A DNA stretch of 20,000 nt. It comes from an uncultured virus (IMG/VR IMGVR_UViG_2724679368_000003) (lineage: Duplodnaviria; Heunggongvirae; Uroviricota; Caudoviricetes). Made by a program: the position numbers and the translations under genes. Of this stretch, positions 7,867 to 15,220 are shown one piece after another. Each line of letters opens with the position of its first letter. The stretch's first letter is position 1. The stretch lies in the IMG/VR virus record IMGVR_UViG_2724679368_000003; one strand, given 5' to 3'. Below the pieces are notes generated by a model that was given only the letters and a program-made list of their open reading frames with translations, made no database searches and had not been told where the DNA came from.

Positions 7867-7946
7867 ACTGGCTAACCATTAAATAAGAGCGCCGCCAGTT
7901 ATTGCACTTTACTGACGGCGATAGCGAATGGATTGAAGAACTGATG
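7867..7946 (+). pseudogene. Relic duplicate of the gpS 3' end
   Basis: 7881-7935 matches 6496-6550 at 47/55 nt by manual alignment. Translates K*ERRQLLHFTDGDSEWIEELM versus gpS KYERRQLLGFTDGDSEWIGDLA. Confidence 0.9.
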
Positions 7947-7966
7947 TATTGCTATGCCACACTAAA

Positions 7967-8257
7967 TCACAGCATTCCATGTGTTTTAGCGTAATCGCGC
8001 AACGCTTCATTCATCTTAGTTTGCCACCCGTCACCCTGCGCCCGATAGGCGTCCACCACATCGTGATCAATCCGTAACTTAACTGGCTCTTTCGGATTTG
8101 CCAGTTTTGGCCGACCACGGGTTTTTATCACCTTTTCCGCGCCCTCTTTCCCAAACAACTCGGTAAATACCTCGGTGGCTGGACGTGCGCGGGCAAACTC
8201 TGCCTCGCCCCACTCAGGGTTATCGGTTATGGTGACTTTACTGATTTTTTTGTTCAT
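7967..8257 (-). CDS. brnA: BrnA-family antitoxin (type II TA, C-terminal RHH)
   Basis: DNPEW...RGRPK...K..VKLRIDHDVVDAYRAQGDGWQTKMNEALR signature. Confidence 0.9.
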   Translation of the reverse strand: MNKKISKVTITDNPEWGEAEFARARPATEVFTELFGKEGAEKVIKTRGRPKLANPKEPVKLRIDHDVVDAYRAQGDGWQTKMNEALRDYAKTHGML

Positions 8258-8510
8258 ATCGCTTTACCTCACGGGAATTGGCCTTACGCAAGCTGATAAC
8301 ATGCACCTTGCCGTTACGTGGTGTGAATACCAACATATGTAACCGCTCTTCAATGTAGCCCAGTGCCTGAAAGCGCCGCTCTGGATATTCCTTACGTAGA
8401 TCCTCAACAATTAGCGCGGTAGCAACTTCGAAATCACGCGCCATCTCAAAGGACAGTTTACGTTCAGCAATATTTTTTTCGTTTTTGGTTGGGTCGTAAG
8501 ATATGTCCAT
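8238..8510 (-). CDS. brnT: BrnT-family ribonuclease toxin (RelE-like fold)
   Basis: YDPTKNEKNIAERKLSFE...EDLRKEYPERRFQALG...VFTPR...ISLRKANSREVKRY; toxin-first order overlapping brnA. Confidence 0.9.
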   Translation of the reverse strand: MDISYDPTKNEKNIAERKLSFEMARDFEVATALIVEDLRKEYPERRFQALGYIEERLHMLVFTPRNGKVHVISLRKANSREVKRYEQKNQ

Positions 8511-8546
8511 ATAATTAATGTACCCCCAATAAATACATCAATGCAA
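8511..8546 (-). promoter_or_regulatory. Putative sigma70 promoter and operator of brnTA
   Basis: Minus strand reads TTGCAT (8546-8541), 18 nt, TACATT (8522-8517), 6 nt, then ATG. Inverted repeat ATGTA...TACAT (8518-8538) overlaps the promoter. Confidence 0.6.
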
Positions 8547-8582
8547 GAGATATTAGCATTCATGCTTTAGTTTCATTTCCTT

Positions 8583-8646
8583 TGTGCCATCCCTCACACA
8601 AAACCCATCACATGCCGCGCGCGCCCGTAGGCGGCACACTGGCCGC
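8583..8646 (+). promoter_or_regulatory. Late promoter pV with Ogr site
   Basis: TGT-GCCATCCCTCAC-ACA (8583-8600); -10-like CACACT at 8635-8640, 6 nt before the V ATG. Confidence 0.85.
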
Positions 8647-9282
8647 ATGAATATCCTTATTGCTGGCCTTAAACGCCTGTTGGCTAACATTATCCGCATT
8701 GGCATCGTCTCAGACGTCGATCTTGCTAACGGATTGTGCCGGGTCAAAATTGGCAACCTTGAAACCGATTGGCTCAATTGGTTAACGCTACGCGCCGGTC
8801 GGGTGCGTTTTTGGTCTGCGCCGTCCAAAGGTGAACAAGTCATGGTGCTGAGTATCGGCGGTGAACTCACCACCGGCTTTGTGCTGCCCGCCATTTTTTC
8901 TGATGCTCATTCCGCGCCGTCACAATCGGCTGATGCCATGGTGATCACTTTTCCTGATGGTGCGCGTTTTGAGTATGAGCCGGAAACCAGTCACCTGGCT
9001 GTCACCGGCATAGCCACGGCGGTGATTGAAGCCAGTGAATCAGTCAATGTGACCGCGCCCAATATCACTTGTACCGCATCAGTCAAAATCACGCTGGATA
9101 CGCCAGAAGTGGAATGTACCAACAACCTAACCACCGCCACGCTGGATGTGACCCAAAGCGGCAAGATGAGCGGCAATATCACGCATACCGGCGGTAAATT
9201 TTCATCTAATGGCGTGGTGGTTGATAACCATAATCACGGCGGCGTGCAGCGCGGCGGAAGCTGGACTGAGGGGGTTAAATGA
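8647..9282 (+). CDS. V: Baseplate spike (gpV)
   Basis: LANIIRIGIV...TDWLNW..RAG....WSAPS.GEQV...FPDGA..EY...C-terminal HxH (HNH) metal-binding motif; start ATG 8647. Confidence 0.94.
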   Translation: MNILIAGLKRLLANIIRIGIVSDVDLANGLCRVKIGNLETDWLNWLTLRAGRVRFWSAPSKGEQVMVLSIGGELTTGFVLPAIFSDAHSAPSQSADAMVITFPDGARFEYEPETSHLAVTGIATAVIEASESVNVTAPNITCTASVKITLDTPEVECTNNLTTATLDVTQSGKMSGNITHTGGKFSSNGVVVDNHNHGGVQRGGSWTEGVK

Positions 9283-9635
9283 CAAGCTATAAATATATCG
9301 GTATGAACCGCAACAGCGGTTTAAACATCGGAGATATTGACCATATTCGCCAGTCAATCAGTGACATTCTGACCACGCCGCAAGGCTCGCGAGTGATGCG
9401 CCGTGATTATGGCTCCTTACTATCAACCCTAATCGACCAGCCACAAAATCCCGCTCTGCATCTAAAAATGATGGCCGCTGTCTATGGTGCGGTAATGCGA
9501 TGGGAACCGCGCGTGACGCTGAATGCCATCAGTATCACCACTCAAATTGACGGTAAGATGATGGTGGATTTAACCGGTAGCCGTACCGACAGCGATAGCC
9601 GGTTGAGTTTGGTCGTGCCACTAGGAGGCCAATAA
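9279..9635 (+). CDS. W: Baseplate wedge protein (gpW, gp25-like)
   Basis: HIRQSISDILTTPQGSRVMRRDYGS...RWEPRV. Confidence 0.94.
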   Translation: MTSYKYIGMNRNSGLNIGDIDHIRQSISDILTTPQGSRVMRRDYGSLLSTLIDQPQNPALHLKMMAAVYGAVMRWEPRVTLNAISITTQIDGKMMVDLTGSRTDSDSRLSLVVPLGGQ

Positions 9636-10543
9636 TGCCAATCATTGATTTAAGCCAGTTACCGGCCCCACTGGTGATTGAATCACTGGATTTTGAAAGC
9701 CTGTTTGCCTTACGCAAAGAGGAATTTATCGCCTTATATCCGGCTGATCAACAAGACGCCGTGCGACTAACACTGTCATTTGAGTCTGAACCCATCGTGA
9801 AGTTGTTGCAGGAAAGTACCTACCGTGAATTGCTGTTGCGACAGCGTGTCAATGAGGGGGCGCAAGCGGTGATGGTGGCCCATGCGATGGGGGGTGATTT
9901 AGATCACCTTGGCGCAAACAATGGTATTGCGCGACTGACCATCACGCCAGCCAATCCAGACGCCATCCCACCGATTACCGCAGTGATGGAGTCTGACGAC
10001 GATTTTCGGGTGCGTATCCCGCAAGCCTTTGAGGGTTTGAGCGTGGCGGGGCCGACCGGCGCGTATGAATACCATGCCCGCAGTGCTGACGGCCGCATCG
10101 CTGACGCCTCCGCAATCAGCCCGTCCCCCGCTTGCGTCACCGTCACTGTGCTTTCTCGCGAGGGGAACGGCACGGCACCGCAGGAATTGCTGGATAAAGT
10201 CTTTACCGCCCTGAATGACGAGAATGTGCGGCCGGTAGCCGACCGATTAACGGTGAATACCGCCGATATCGTGGAATATCAGATTGACGCCACGCTCTAT
10301 TTTTACCCAGGGCCAGAAGCCGAACCGATCCGCGCTGCATCAGAAGCCCAATTGCAAAATTACATCAGCACTCAGCGCCGATTAGGGCGCGATATTCGCA
10401 AGTCGGCGATTTATGCCGCGCTGCATGTCGAGGGGGTGCAGCGAGTTGATCTGGTCGCACCGATAGCGGATGTGGTGTTGGATAAAACACAGGCAGCCTA
10501 TTGTACCGGCTATACATTAATAGCGGGTGGCTCAGATGAATAA
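9635..10543 (+). CDS. J: Baseplate J protein
   Basis: IDLSQLPAP...ESEPIVKLL...LSVAGPTGAYEYHA...VRPVADR; 302 aa. Confidence 0.95.
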   Translation: MPIIDLSQLPAPLVIESLDFESLFALRKEEFIALYPADQQDAVRLTLSFESEPIVKLLQESTYRELLLRQRVNEGAQAVMVAHAMGGDLDHLGANNGIARLTITPANPDAIPPITAVMESDDDFRVRIPQAFEGLSVAGPTGAYEYHARSADGRIADASAISPSPACVTVTVLSREGNGTAPQELLDKVFTALNDENVRPVADRLTVNTADIVEYQIDATLYFYPGPEAEPIRAASEAQLQNYISTQRRLGRDIRKSAIYAALHVEGVQRVDLVAPIADVVLDKTQAAYCTGYTLIAGGSDE

Positions 10544-11144
10544 ACGTTTATTGCCGGTTGGCTCAACCCCGCTGGAAGTTGCCGCTGCACAAGCCTGTGC
10601 GCGCATGGCTGATATTGATGTGCCGTTGCGTCAGTTATGGAATGCGGACACTTGCCCGCTGGAGTTACTGCCTTATCTGGCGTGGGCGTGGTCGGTCGAC
10701 AGATGGGATGAGGGCTGGCCGGAAGCCACAAAGCGCGCAGTGGTCAGCGCCTCGTTTTACGTCCATAAACGCAAAGGTACTATTGGCGCAATTCGGCGTG
10801 TGGTGGAGCCGCTCGGCTATCTGATTAAGGTGATTGAGTGGTGGAAAACCAACGAGGCTCCCGGCACTTTTCGTCTGGATGTTGGCGTGCTGGAGACCGG
10901 TATTACTGAGGAGATGTATCAGGAGTTGGAGCGGCTGATTGATGATGCCAAGCCGTGTAGCCGCCATCTGATCGGCCTATCGATTAATCTCGATGTTAAC
11001 GGAACGATCCCCATCAGCGCCGCCAGCTATGACGGTGACGAAATGACCATTTACCCCTATCTACCCGAAACTATTACCGTTAGCGGCCAAGGCTATTGCG
11101 GCGGTGTGGTGCATCTGATTGATGATATGAGAGTCAACCCATGA
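10536..11144 (+). CDS. I: Baseplate/tail protein I
   Basis: LLPVGSTPLE...LWNADTCPLELLPYLAWAWSVDRWD...HKRKGT...AKPCSRHL; start ATG 10536. Confidence 0.94.
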   Translation: MNKRLLPVGSTPLEVAAAQACARMADIDVPLRQLWNADTCPLELLPYLAWAWSVDRWDEGWPEATKRAVVSASFYVHKRKGTIGAIRRVVEPLGYLIKVIEWWKTNEAPGTFRLDVGVLETGITEEMYQELERLIDDAKPCSRHLIGLSINLDVNGTIPISAASYDGDEMTIYPYLPETITVSGQGYCGGVVHLIDDMRVNP

Positions 11145-12310
11145 CAGTGAAATATTTTGCGCTACTGACCAATTTGGGGGCGGCCAAGCTGGCAAACGCG
11201 GCCGCTCTCGGTACCCCATTACAAATTACGCATATGGCGGTGGGGGATGGCGGCGGTGCCTTACCAATTCCAAACCCGGCACAAACACAGCTTGTGGGTG
11301 AAAAACGCCGCGCCGCATTGAATTCATTGAGTATTGATGAGGCGAATAGTAGCCAGATTATCGCCGAGCAAGTGATCCCCGAAACGGACGGCGGTTGGTG
11401 GATACGTGAAATCGGGCTATTTGATAAAGATGGCGTATTAATTGCCATTGCCAACTGCCCGGACACCTATAAACCCCAGCTACAAGAGGGCAGCGGCCGC
11501 ACGCAAACCGTGCGCATGGTGCTGATTGTGAGTAGCACTGAGGCGGTCACATTAAAAATCGATCCGTCTGTGGTGTTGGCAACGCGCAAATACGTCGATG
11601 ATAAGGTGATTGAGGTTAAAACCTATGCCGATGAATTGATGATTGCACATTTGACAGCGGTTGATCCACATTCACAGTATGCTCCCAAAGCTAGCCCCGC
11701 ACTGACGGGTAAACCAACTACCCCTACACCGGCCGCGGGAAATAATACCCAACAATTGGCGAATACCGCTTTTGTGCAAGCCGCCCTCACTGCTTTGGGT
11801 TTGGGAGATGCAGCTAAATTAAGCTCTGGTGTCGCCGGAGGCGTTGCACTCTTTAACGATACGCTCCGCGTGGTTAATGACTTAATCGAAATTAAAAACA
11901 AAGGTGAAATCGCCAAAACTAACGCAAGAGTTAATCTCGGCTGTGGAACGGCAGCGGCAAAAGATGTCGGGACGGGTGCGGGACAAATACCCGATATGAG
12001 CGCCTGGTCATTTGTCAAAAATGCCGATAACAGTAAGTGGACGCTGACATTACCCAATGGTTTTCTTCTGCAAAAAAGTTCCGTTGTCACTTCGGGCGCA
12101 ACTGCAACGATTAACGCCGCCTGGTTAACCCCATTTCCAATTGAGTGCTTAGGTGTGTGGGGAACAGATGGTTCGTCTGGCGTCGCTGATTTAGGGTCTG
12201 CTAACGCAGCTCAATTACCTGCTGGTCGAATTTATTACATGTTAATGACCACAACATATGCGACTGTCGGCGGCTATGGCGGCATTGATATTTACGCAAT
12301 AGGACATTAA
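11141..12310 (+). CDS. H: Tail fibre protein (gpH-like), short variant
   Basis: Conserved P2 H N-terminus (MAVGDGGG...GGWWIREIGL...EGSGR...DPSVVLATR), PHSQYAP and GxGAGQIPDM repeats, divergent C-terminus (LPNGFLLQ). Confidence 0.9.
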   Translation: MTVKYFALLTNLGAAKLANAAALGTPLQITHMAVGDGGGALPIPNPAQTQLVGEKRRAALNSLSIDEANSSQIIAEQVIPETDGGWWIREIGLFDKDGVLIAIANCPDTYKPQLQEGSGRTQTVRMVLIVSSTEAVTLKIDPSVVLATRKYVDDKVIEVKTYADELMIAHLTAVDPHSQYAPKASPALTGKPTTPTPAAGNNTQQLANTAFVQAALTALGLGDAAKLSSGVAGGVALFNDTLRVVNDLIEIKNKGEIAKTNARVNLGCGTAAAKDVGTGAGQIPDMSAWSFVKNADNSKWTLTLPNGFLLQKSSVVTSGATATINAAWLTPFPIECLGVWGTDGSSGVADLGSANAAQLPAGRIYYMLMTTTYATVGGYGGIDIYAIGH

Positions 12311-12312
12311 GA

Positions 12313-12792
12313 ATGAAATATTATTTCTCACCCAACACACTTGGCCTTTACCGCGAAGAAATGAAATCACGTTATATTGCGGCCGAGTCATGGCCCAGTG
12401 ATGCAATAGAAGTCACGCAGGATATTTATGACCAATACACCAATGCAGCCCCAACAGGGAAAGAAATAGGTGTTGATAACACTCAGCCTTGTTGGGTCGA
12501 TATTCAAACGCTACCGCTAAACCCCGACCAACTAGCGGCAAAGGCTCGCGCCCATCGTGATGATTTTATTATTGCCACTGACCCCATGATGGTCAGCGAT
12601 TACTCGATTGATGACGCCCCACTGACCAAGGAACAGCGCACCGAGTTAACCGCCACACGTGCGCTCTATCGCGCATGGCCGATGCAGGAGAACTGGCCGC
12701 TGATTGAACTACCCGAACTGCCGCAATGGCTGTTAGTGGAAGCCGTTAATCAGGGCTATCGTGTCCCAGTCTGGCCGCCGCTGTCAGCCTGA
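12313..12792 (+). CDS. Tail fibre assembly chaperone (gpG position)
   Basis: YYFSP..LGLY...WPSDAIEV...GKEI...PCWVD, then ARAHRD...YRAWP..NWP..LPELP; directly follows the fibre gene. Confidence 0.8.
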   Translation: MKYYFSPNTLGLYREEMKSRYIAAESWPSDAIEVTQDIYDQYTNAAPTGKEIGVDNTQPCWVDIQTLPLNPDQLAAKARAHRDDFIIATDPMMVSDYSIDDAPLTKEQRTELTATRALYRAWPMQENWPLIELPELPQWLLVEAVNQGYRVPVWPPLSA

Positions 12793-12803
12793 CATTTTAT
12801 ATT

Positions 12804-12828
12804 AGCCCCGACCTCGGGGCTTTTTTTT
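12804..12828 (+). terminator. Rho-independent terminator of the V operon
   Basis: GC-rich hairpin AGCCCCG-ACCT-CGGGGCT followed by a T8 run. Confidence 0.85.
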
Positions 12829-12885
12829 GTGCCATCCCTCACACAACCCCCACCCACTGCCCCGCGCGTAATTATCCGGCATCAT
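12828..12885 (+). promoter_or_regulatory. Late promoter pF with Ogr site
   Basis: TGT-GCCATCCCTCAC-ACA (12828-12845), identical to the pV site; -10-like CATCAT at 12880-12885 at the same offset. Confidence 0.85.
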
Positions 12886-12915
12886 AGCGAATGAACGCTT
12901 AACCGGAGAAAACGC

Positions 12916-14091
12916 ATGTCTGCAACCGATTACCACCATGGTGTGCGCGTCATTGAAATTAACGAAGGCACTCGCCCGATCCGCACTGTCAGTACGGCGG
13001 TGGTCGGGATGGTCTGTACCTCCGATGATGCTGACGCCACCCTATTTCCACTCAATACCCCGGTATTACTCACCGATGTGTTAGCCGCCAGTGGCAAGGC
13101 CGGTGAAACCGGCACATTAGCCCATTCACTGGATGCCATCGGCGACCAAACCAAACCCGTTACTATCGTTGTCCGTGTGGCTCAGGGTGAAACCGAAGCC
13201 GAGACCACGTCAAACATCATTGGTGGATCCACACCGGATGGCCGCTACACCGGCATGAAAGCACTACTGGCCGCACAGGGCAAGTTTGACGTTAAACCGC
13301 GAATTTTGGGTGTCCCAGGTCATGACACTAAAGCGGTAGCCACCGAACTGCTTTCCATCGCTCAAGATTTACGCGCCTTTGCCTACATCAGTGCTTATGG
13401 TTGTAAAACCAAAGAAGAGGCCATTATCTACCGCGATAATTTCAGCCAGCGAGAAGCCATGGTGATTTGGCCGGATTTTCTTAGCTGGGATACGGTCACT
13501 AATGCCGAGACGACCGCCTTTGCAACCGCTCGCGCACTCGGCTTGCGTGCCAAGATTGATAATGATGTTGGCTGGCATAAAACACTGTCTAACGTGGGAG
13601 TAAATGGTGTTACTGGCATTAGCGCTGATGTGTTTTGGGATCTGCAAAACAGCGCCACCGATGCCAACTTGCTCAACAGTAAAGACGTCACCACTTTGAT
13701 CCGTAAAGACGGTTATCGCTTTTGGGGTTCTCGCTCTTGCTCTGATGATCCGCTATTTGCCTTTGAAAATTACACCCGCACCGCTCAGGTACTGGCTGAC
13801 ACCATGGCCGAGGCGCATATGTGGGCTAACGATAAGCCGCTCAGCCCATCACTGGCAAAAGACATTATTGAGGGCATTCGCGCCAAAATGCGTGAATTGA
13901 AATCATTGGGCTATTTGATCGATGGCGATTGCTGGTACGACGACAGCGTGAACGATAAAGACACCCTGAAAGCGGGTCGCCTGTTTATTGATTACGACTA
14001 TACGCCAGTGCCACCACTGGAAGATTTAACCCTACGCCAGCGCATCACCGATCGCTATCTGGCTAATTTCGCCGCCGCTGTTAATAGCTAA
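12916..14091 (+). CDS. FI: Tail sheath protein (FI)
   Basis: [12 protein letters not shown]...KPRILGVPG...GWHKTLSN...GYRFWGSR...[13 protein letters not shown]. Confidence 0.96.
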   Translation: MSATDYHHGVRVIEINEGTRPIRTVSTAVVGMVCTSDDADATLFPLNTPVLLTDVLAASGKAGETGTLAHSLDAIGDQTKPVTIVVRVAQGETEAETTSNIIGGSTPDGRYTGMKALLAAQGKFDVKPRILGVPGHDTKAVATELLSIAQDLRAFAYISAYGCKTKEEAIIYRDNFSQREAMVIWPDFLSWDTVTNAETTAFATARALGLRAKIDNDVGWHKTLSNVGVNGVTGISADVFWDLQNSATDANLLNSKDVTTLIRKDGYRFWGSRSCSDDPLFAFENYTRTAQVLADTMAEAHMWANDKPLSPSLAKDIIEGIRAKMRELKSLGYLIDGDCWYDDSVNDKDTLKAGRLFIDYDYTPVPPLEDLTLRQRITDRYLANFAAAVNS

Positions 14092-14102
14092 GGAGTTTAA
14101 TT

Positions 14103-14618
14103 ATGGCCTTACCACGCAAACTTAAGTTCCTGAATGTATTCAATGACGGGAACAGCTATCAAGGGGTAGTTGAATCGATCACCTTGCCAAAACTCAACCG
14201 CAAATTTGAAGAGTTTCGCGGTGGCGGGATGAACGGCAGCGCTAAGGTCGATTTGGGGCTGGCGGATGGCGCGCTGGATGTTGACTGGACACTGGGCGGT
14301 ATTGAACACGAGATTTACAAGCAATGGGGTGTAACCAAAGTCGATGGCGTGATGCTGCGTTTTGCTGGCTCTTATCAGCGCGACGACACCGGCGAAACCC
14401 ACGCGGTAGAAATTGTGATGCGCGGCCGTCATGAGGAAATCGACGGCGGTGACAGTAAACAAGGCGACAACACCACCACCAAGATTTCCACTAAAAACAC
14501 CTACTACAAACTGACGTGGGACGGTGAAGTGCTGATTGAAATCGACATTGTGAATATGGTCGAAATGGTTAACGGCGTCGATATGCTGGAAGCCCACCGC
14601 CGCAATATTGGCCTTTAA
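14103..14618 (+). CDS. FII: Tail tube protein (FII)
   Basis: MALPRKLK...LPKL...RGGGM.G...LRFAGSYQRDDTG...HRRNIGL; AAGGAG SD. Confidence 0.96.
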   Translation: MALPRKLKFLNVFNDGNSYQGVVESITLPKLNRKFEEFRGGGMNGSAKVDLGLADGALDVDWTLGGIEHEIYKQWGVTKVDGVMLRFAGSYQRDDTGETHAVEIVMRGRHEEIDGGDSKQGDNTTTKISTKNTYYKLTWDGEVLIEIDIVNMVEMVNGVDMLEAHRRNIGL

Positions 14619-14629
14619 TGCCCCCATCA

Positions 14630-14720
14630 GAGAGTAGATGACGAGTCACGATAGCCCATCGATGGGGAAAAGTTCCGTTCGGGTCGTAGCGGCTTAGGCC
14701 GCCGGAGCGCCCGTAGGAAC
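14630..14720. repeat. Structured MITE-like insert (possibly Yersinia YPAL-type) between FII and E; boundaries approximate
   Basis: Nested inverted repeats GTTCC/GGAAC (14672-14720) and GCGGC-TTAG-GCCGC, plus palindrome CCCATCGATGGG (14655-14666). Family resemblance is from memory only. Confidence 0.5.
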
Positions 14721-14774
14721 AGTTGCCCCGTCGCACTCGGGGCAAACCTCCTAACTTTTAATCGGATAATTATT

Positions 14775-15086
14775 ATGAAAAAAGACACGACAGAACCCCA
14801 ATTTAATGTGATCACACTGGATGTACCTATTGTCCGGGGGGATACCACCATTACCGAAGTCACGGTGAATAAACCCAACGCCGGAGCGTTGCGCGGGGCT
14901 AAGTTGCAAGCGCTGTTAGATACCGATGTTGACGCCTTGATCCGGGTATTGCCTCGCATCACTACGCCCAATCTGACCGTGCCAGAAATCAGCAACCTTG
15001 ATCCGGCGGATATCTACGCGCTGTCTCAGGCGCTGGCGATTTTTTTCTTACCGAACTCGGTCAAGTCCGACTACCTGAGTGCTTAA
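14775..15086 (+). CDS. E: Tail assembly chaperone (gpE)
   Basis: ITLDVPIVRG...KPNAGALRG..L...VLPRIT.P...LDPAD. Confidence 0.92.
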   Translation: MKKDTTEPQFNVITLDVPIVRGDTTITEVTVNKPNAGALRGAKLQALLDTDVDALIRVLPRITTPNLTVPEISNLDPADIYALSQALAIFFLPNSVKSDYLSA

Positions 15087-15220
15087 CAGTTGATGATTTG
15101 ATGGCTGATATTGCGGTGGTATTCCATTGGCCGCCATCCGCCACCGATCCAATGACTATTGGTGAGCTTTTAGAATGGCGACATAAAGCCATTATCCGTA
15201 ACGGGGGCAGTGATGAGTGA
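15040..15220 (+). CDS. E': gpE' extension (E+E' made by -1 programmed frameshift at T7, 15040-15046)
   Basis: The -1 frame reads FLTELGQVRLPECLTVDDLMADIAVVFHWPPSATDPMTIGELLEWRHKAIIRNGGSDE* and contains the GpE' motif MADIAxxFHWxP. Confidence 0.88.

Noticed and set aside
8519..8537. TGT...ACA as a fourth Ogr site
   Set aside because: Spacing is N13 and it lacks the GCCA core; better explained as the brnTA operator
8553..8894. 113-aa minus ORF, and the 8584 upstream start for V
   Set aside because: The ORF is antisense to V and its promoter; the 8584 start lies inside the Ogr site
11141..12792. Invertible tail-fibre cassette or DGR target
   Set aside because: No invertase, reverse transcriptase, inverted crossover sites or duplicated fibre tip seen in the window
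14636..14672. Possible hammerhead ribozyme (TGACGA...GAAA)
   Set aside because: The core reads ATGACGA rather than CTGANGA, and I could not build stems I and III around it
14109..14995. 172-aa and 122-aa minus-strand ORFs
   Set aside because: Antisense shadows of FII and E with no recognisable features
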